Positions 59,735 through 64,000 of a stretch of 64,000 bases of DNA are shown here, piece after piece. How positions within the stretch are numbered: position 1 is the stretch's first letter; every line of letters starts with the position of its first letter. Where the stretch lies: contig CBDEFO010000006.1 of assembly GCA_965237525.1 (NCBI GenBank), positions 288,001-352,000 on the forward strand, in the 5' to 3' direction. The notes below the pieces were generated by a model. That model did no database searches. It saw only the letters and a program-made list of their open reading frames with translations, and had not been told where the DNA came from. Both the position numbers and the translations under genes were made by a program. This DNA is from Candidatus Latescibacterota bacterium. Its GTDB lineage: Bacteria > Latescibacterota > CBDEFO01.

Positions 59735-59865
59735 GCATGGGAAGTCAAAAGCAGAAACAGTAGACAGAATGTAGGGGAGAGGTTAACTCGCCCTTTATGT
59801 AGACGGGGGCAATGCCTCGCCTCTTTGCCCCCTCAAGTAGAAAGTAGTTAGTCAGAGCACAACTT

Positions 59866-60060
59866 ATGGACAAATGGGAAAAGATCAGAGAGAACATGGC
59901 AAAGATGGGTCTCCCTGCGCCTCAGCCGGTGGAAGATACAGATAATCCCCCCAAGTTCTTTATCCTGGGCGAATTAGCGGAGAAGCTATATCAGAAAGAG
60001 AATATAAAGAAAGATCAGGAAAAGTCGAATCAGTTGGATCTTTTTGACGATAATAGGTAA
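59866..60060 (+). CDS. Small hypothetical protein
   Basis: 64-aa ORF co-oriented with neighbours; ends QLDLF. Confidence 0.45.
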   Translation: MDKWEKIRENMAKMGLPAPQPVEDTDNPPKFFILGELAEKLYQKENIKKDQEKSNQLDLFDDNR

Positions 60061-60155
60061 TTTTCTGCAGGTCTTCAATTTTCCCCTTGTCCGTATACCC
60101 CGAATCTATGTATATTTATGAGTGATCGAGAGTTGTAACTCATATTGCCTAAATT

Positions 60156-61418
60156 TTGGAGAAATCCATGCACTACTTCCAGTACAAAGGAGACGAACTG
60201 TTCTGTGACGATGTGAGCATCAAAGGGATAGCCCAAGAAGTCGGAACTCCACTATATCTTTACAGTTACCGAACCCTTATAAGACACGCTCAGAACATAG
60301 ACGGGGCCTTCAAAGATATAGATCACATAACGTGCTACTCAGTAAAGGCCAACTGGAACTTGACGCTGCTCCACATTTTGGCGAAAAGGGGTCTGGGCGC
60401 CGACATAGTCTCCGGCGGGGAACTCTACAGAGCGCTCAAGGCGGGATTTACACATGAAAAGATCGTCTATTCGGGCGTCGGCAAGAGCACCGAGGAGATA
60501 GAATATGCTCTGGGTGAGGGGATACTCGCCTTCAATGTAGAGTCCGCCGCAGAGTTAAAGGAGATCGACCAGATAGCGGGAAAGATGGGTCTGAAGGCCC
60601 CCGTTTCGCTCAGGATAAATCCCGATGTCGATCCTGAGACTCATCCTTATATATCCACGGGCTTGAGGGAGAGCAAATTCGGCATTCCTCATTCAGAGGC
60701 TCTCGAAAGCTTCAAGATGGCCCGGAGCCTGCCGAATCTGGATGTCATAGGGATAGATTCACATATCGGTTCTCAGATAACGACTGTAGCGCCCTTTGTC
60801 GAAAGTGTAGAACGTCTCGTTGAGATGGTGGACAGTATCAGGGACCTGGGGATAGACGTCCGGTACATAGACATCGGGGGGGGACTCGGCATCAGGTACA
60901 AGGACGAGGAGCCACCCGAGCCCTTAGAACTTGCCGAAGCCATCGTACCGCTCCTTTCAAAGACTGGATGCACAATAATCTTCGAACCGGGAAGGTCAAT
61001 GGTAGGAAATGTAGGAGTCCTGGTGTCCAAAGTTCTTTATGTAAAGAGGAGCGAAGAAAAGACATTCGTAATCGTGGACGCCGGCATAAATGACCTTATT
61101 CGCCCCAGCTTCTACGACTCTTACCACGACATCCTTCCCCTGGAAAGGTCTCACAGAGAAAAGGTCGTAGCCGATGTCGTAGGCCCTATATGCGAATCGG
61201 GGGACTTTTTAGCAAAAGACAGAGAGGTGACGGCCTTCAAAAGCGGAGATCTTATGGCATTTATGAGCGCAGGGGCTTACGGATTCTGTATGTCCTCAAA
61301 CTACAACTGCCGCCCTCGTCCGCCCGAGGTTATGACTGTAGATGGGAGTTTTGAGATCATAAAAGAGAGAGAGACGTATTCTGATCTCATAAGGGGAGAA
61401 AGGATAATAGAGATATGA
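60156..61418 (+). CDS. lysA: Diaminopimelate decarboxylase (start probably 60168)
   Basis: YSVKAN PLP lysine, DIVSGGE, HIGSQI, EPGRS, GPICESGD. Confidence 0.97.
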   Translation: MEKSMHYFQYKGDELFCDDVSIKGIAQEVGTPLYLYSYRTLIRHAQNIDGAFKDIDHITCYSVKANWNLTLLHILAKRGLGADIVSGGELYRALKAGFTHEKIVYSGVGKSTEEIEYALGEGILAFNVESAAELKEIDQIAGKMGLKAPVSLRINPDVDPETHPYISTGLRESKFGIPHSEALESFKMARSLPNLDVIGIDSHIGSQITTVAPFVESVERLVEMVDSIRDLGIDVRYIDIGGGLGIRYKDEEPPEPLELAEAIVPLLSKTGCTIIFEPGRSMVGNVGVLVSKVLYVKRSEEKTFVIVDAGINDLIRPSFYDSYHDILPLERSHREKVVADVVGPICESGDFLAKDREVTAFKSGDLMAFMSAGAYGFCMSSNYNCRPRPPEVMTVDGSFEIIKERETYSDLIRGERIIEI

Positions 61419-62257
61419 TAAATTTTGTTAAAATGAGCGGAGCCGGAAACGATTTCATCGTCTTTGACAACCGCGACGGTAACCTTCCAGAGGATCGGGA
61501 AGTCTTTGTAAGGAGGATCTGCCAGCGGCGATTAGGGGTAGGGGCAGACGGCGTTCTCTTTGTCGAGGATAGCCCATCTTTCGACTTTAAGATGCTCTAT
61601 TACAACGCTGACGGGGGAGAAGCAGAGATGTGCGGAAACGGAGCAAGATGCGTCTCCCGATATGCCTATCTGGGTGGCATAGCTCCCCAGAAAATGACTT
61701 TTGAGACAGCGGCCGGGCAATATGGCGCAGAGGTAAAGGGAGAGAATGTGAAGCTGGCCATGGTGGATCCCTTTGATATTGAACTAAACTTCAAACTGGA
61801 GCTTGGCATCGGCAGGGTGAACGCAAGCTTCGCCAATACGGGCGTCCCTCACGCGGTCATCTTTTTAGAAAACGTGGAATCGGCAGATGTCTTCAATCTG
61901 GGAAAAGAGGTCAGATATCACGAAAGATTCCAGCCGAAGGGCACAAACGCTAATTTTGCTCAGATCCTTTCTCCGGATCGGATCAGGGTCAGAACCTACG
62001 AAAGGGGCGTGGAGGACGAGACACTCGCATGCGGGACTGGCGCAGTCGCCGCCGCTGTCGTAGCGGGGCTTTTGAAAGATGTGGCTCCGCCCGTGGATGT
62101 GATAACGCAGAGCGGAGGGACCTTGAAGGTAGACTACAACGTCGAAAATGACAAGGTCAAGAACATCTTCTTAGAGGGCGACGCTGTGATTGTATTTGAA
62201 GGCAAGTTGACTAATGAGATCCTTCAGGGGATAGAAGTTCCATCTTATCCCTCTTAA
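61415..62257 (+). CDS. dapF: Diaminopimelate epimerase
   Basis: GAGNDF, EMCGNGARC, TGVPH, YERGVEDETLACGTG. Confidence 0.97.
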   Translation: MINFVKMSGAGNDFIVFDNRDGNLPEDREVFVRRICQRRLGVGADGVLFVEDSPSFDFKMLYYNADGGEAEMCGNGARCVSRYAYLGGIAPQKMTFETAAGQYGAEVKGENVKLAMVDPFDIELNFKLELGIGRVNASFANTGVPHAVIFLENVESADVFNLGKEVRYHERFQPKGTNANFAQILSPDRIRVRTYERGVEDETLACGTGAVAAAVVAGLLKDVAPPVDVITQSGGTLKVDYNVENDKVKNIFLEGDAVIVFEGKLTNEILQGIEVPSYPS

Positions 62258-62339
62258 CCCCAATAATTCTTAAAAAAAGGCAGTATATTAATTAAGTGAT
62301 TGTATTATATTATAGTTATGTCGTTTAACCACCTTCGGT

Positions 62340-62480
62340 GTCATTGCGAGCCGAAGGCGAAGTAATCTCGATTCTGTGGTAGATGTAATACTCTCTGGCT
62401 CTCATAGGAGACCACTATAAAACCTTGAGATTGCTTCCCCGATAGACTCAATCGGGGACCGCTTTGCTCCTCGCAATGAC
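62340..62480. repeat. REPIN-like inverted pair with the 21-bp palindrome inserted in one arm
   Basis: GTCATTGCGAGCCGAAGGCGAAGTAATCTC ... GAGATTGCTT-CCCCGATAGACTCAATCGGGGA-CCGCTTTGCTCCTCGCAATGAC. Confidence 0.85.
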
Positions 62481-62518
62481 TCCACCAAGTTTATGAATTA
62501 ATCGGGCTATAAAACTTT

Positions 62519-63115
62519 ATGCCGAAAAATATCCACGTCATCAAGCGAGCGCTGCCTAAAGATCTTTGCCGCCGGATCGTCGAACGGTATGAAAGCGACG
62601 GGGAAAAGGTCTTCGAGGACGGAAGCGATTACGCCCTGCGTCACAGCGTGCAGGTCGCTCGGCGCCCCGAATGGGAGGATCTGGAGGGCGAGCTGAGCGA
62701 GCGCATTGGAAAGCTTGTCGACGACTATCTCTCCAGTTATCCGGACGCCTGGGCACCGGTCCAAGAAGGGAAGCGCCGTGTACTCCGTCTTCCCCGTTGG
62801 CGCGTCTCGGGACTTCGGGTTTCACGCTACGACATCGGGCAATCCTGTGCGATGCACTTCGACGGGCCGATGAAGAGACCGGGCCATTACCTGCGCCTGG
62901 CGACCGTACTGTTCTTCCTCAACGACGTGAAGCGCGGCGGCGAAACCTGGTTTCCCTCGCAACGCAAGCTGATCAAGCCGCGCGCCGGCGCGGCGATCGT
63001 GTTTCCTCCAACGCTGCATTATCCCCACGCATCCCGCGCGCCGAAGAGTAGCCCACGCTATATCGCGCATGGCTGGGTCACGTACCAGGATCTGAGGATC
63101 GCGAAGGAAAGTTAG
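62519..63115 (+). CDS. 2OG-Fe(II) oxygenase (prolyl-hydroxylase-like), GC-rich
   Basis: HFD (HxD), FFLND..GGETWF, YPH, RY. Confidence 0.88.
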   Translation: MPKNIHVIKRALPKDLCRRIVERYESDGEKVFEDGSDYALRHSVQVARRPEWEDLEGELSERIGKLVDDYLSSYPDAWAPVQEGKRRVLRLPRWRVSGLRVSRYDIGQSCAMHFDGPMKRPGHYLRLATVLFFLNDVKRGGETWFPSQRKLIKPRAGAAIVFPPTLHYPHASRAPKSSPRYIAHGWVTYQDLRIAKES

Positions 63116-63618
63116 GCTTTTAAGACTCGGCGCCTCAAGATTGATATCCTTTCCTTTCCCTAATGAGCATTCAAGAAAGAGCGGGAACAACCATCTGGGA
63201 GAAGATCGTCGCCTGGCTCGACACGTCGTGGCCCGGCTGCCGGCGCGCCGAGAGCGGAGCTCAACCGGAGCACTTATAATCCCGACACGACGCGCGAGCA
63301 CTGTCTGCAGCGGGTCTCGGAGCGCGTGCTGGAGGGGCTATGGCATCGAGGAGATGAGGGGCCCCCAACGGGGAGAAGGCTTCCGCGCCTGTGGGAAGAC
63401 TCGCGCTCAACGACTAGATGCGCGTGATAAAGGGATTGTCGTTTCTTGAGGAAACGACGAGCTGAAGCTCATCTGCGAAACCGCGGTGTCCGGCGAAGGC
63501 GTCAGGAATTGATCACGAACTACGAGAGCTGGCAGGTGCGTCTGTGCTGAAGAAAAGGGGAAAGGGGACAGCGACCTTTTCTGTTGACAAAATTAAAGAC
63601 TGTCCATAGAATTGATGT

Positions 63619-63693
63619 GTGCCAAGACAAGCAAGAATCATTATCTCCCACGAAGCTTACCACGTCACTCAGCGGGGAAATTACGCCATGTGA
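63619..63693 (+). pseudogene. N-terminal remnant of a REP-associated tyrosine (Y1) transposase
   Basis: VPRQARIIISHEAYHVTQRGN matches the MPRxAR...HVTQRGN start; TTGACA-N17-TAGAAT upstream. Confidence 0.75.
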
Positions 63694-63716
63694 CCTGCCC
63701 CCCGAAAACTGTACCA
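63691..63716 (+). mobile_element. IS3-family-like terminal repeat remnant
   Basis: TGACCTGCCCCCCGAAAACTGTACCA starts exactly where the Y1 transposase frame stops. Confidence 0.55.
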
Positions 63717-63927
63717 GAATTCGTAATAGAATCATGCTACCAGAAAGATGTGAGAATTGGAATGGGAAAATTCGTGGTGTTAATTTAAAAGTGGTACAGC
63801 TCTATATAATTTATTTTTTATCGCCGACAAAATATTTTAGAATAAAACGTGCTTTTTAACGATTGATATGTTATATTCCCCGTGTAAAGAAAATTAAATC
63901 AGTTAAATCTACAAAAGGAGGTGTAAG

Positions 63928-64000
63928 ATGAAACGAGTTTTCAAAGTATTAAGTGTTCCCGTTGGTTTGCTCCTCACGGCAGGTTTATACTTGCTTCCTT
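63928..64000 (+). CDS. Start of a secreted or membrane protein, cut by the window edge
   Basis: AAGGAGG RBS; MKRVFKVLSVPVGLLLTAGLYLLP. Confidence 0.6.
   Translation, partial: MKRVFKVLSVPVGLLLTAGLYLLP

Noticed and set aside
1..64000. CRISPR array, tRNA or rRNA genes
   Set aside because: No regularly spaced repeat-spacer run, cas gene or recognisable stable RNA seen

Overview
Bacterial chromosomal window with housekeeping genes at both ends (mdh, rpmA/rplU, Rne/Rng nuclease on the left; M42 peptidase, acyP, apt, lysA, dapF on the right) and a decaying flagellar locus in the middle. The main feature is an ~18.4 kb tandem array (17277-35697, minus strand) of nine paralogous TPR-scaffold enzymes downstream of the flg operon. 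Six carry a GT2 glycosyltransferase domain; three carry an AT-rich FkbM-family methyltransferase domain where the GT2 domain has been deleted, and one of these still shows a GT2 remnant. The paralogs are mosaics of each other. The flagellar genes are damaged: flgA is split by an IS in its signal peptide, flgJ is cut at an IS1182, and no intact motB follows motA. Three near-identical 1304-bp DDE insertion sequences all sit in 7-bp-periodic YTAC repeats. A 21-bp palindrome (CCCCGATAGATTCAATCGGGG) recurs at seven or more sites, sometimes nested in itself. Three accessory genes are flanked by diverged direct duplications of neighbouring sequence, and an AT-rich, possibly phage-derived segment is bounded by an exact 36-bp repeat. 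Pseudogenes are frequent. All calls come from reading the sequence and recognising motifs; no database searches were run.
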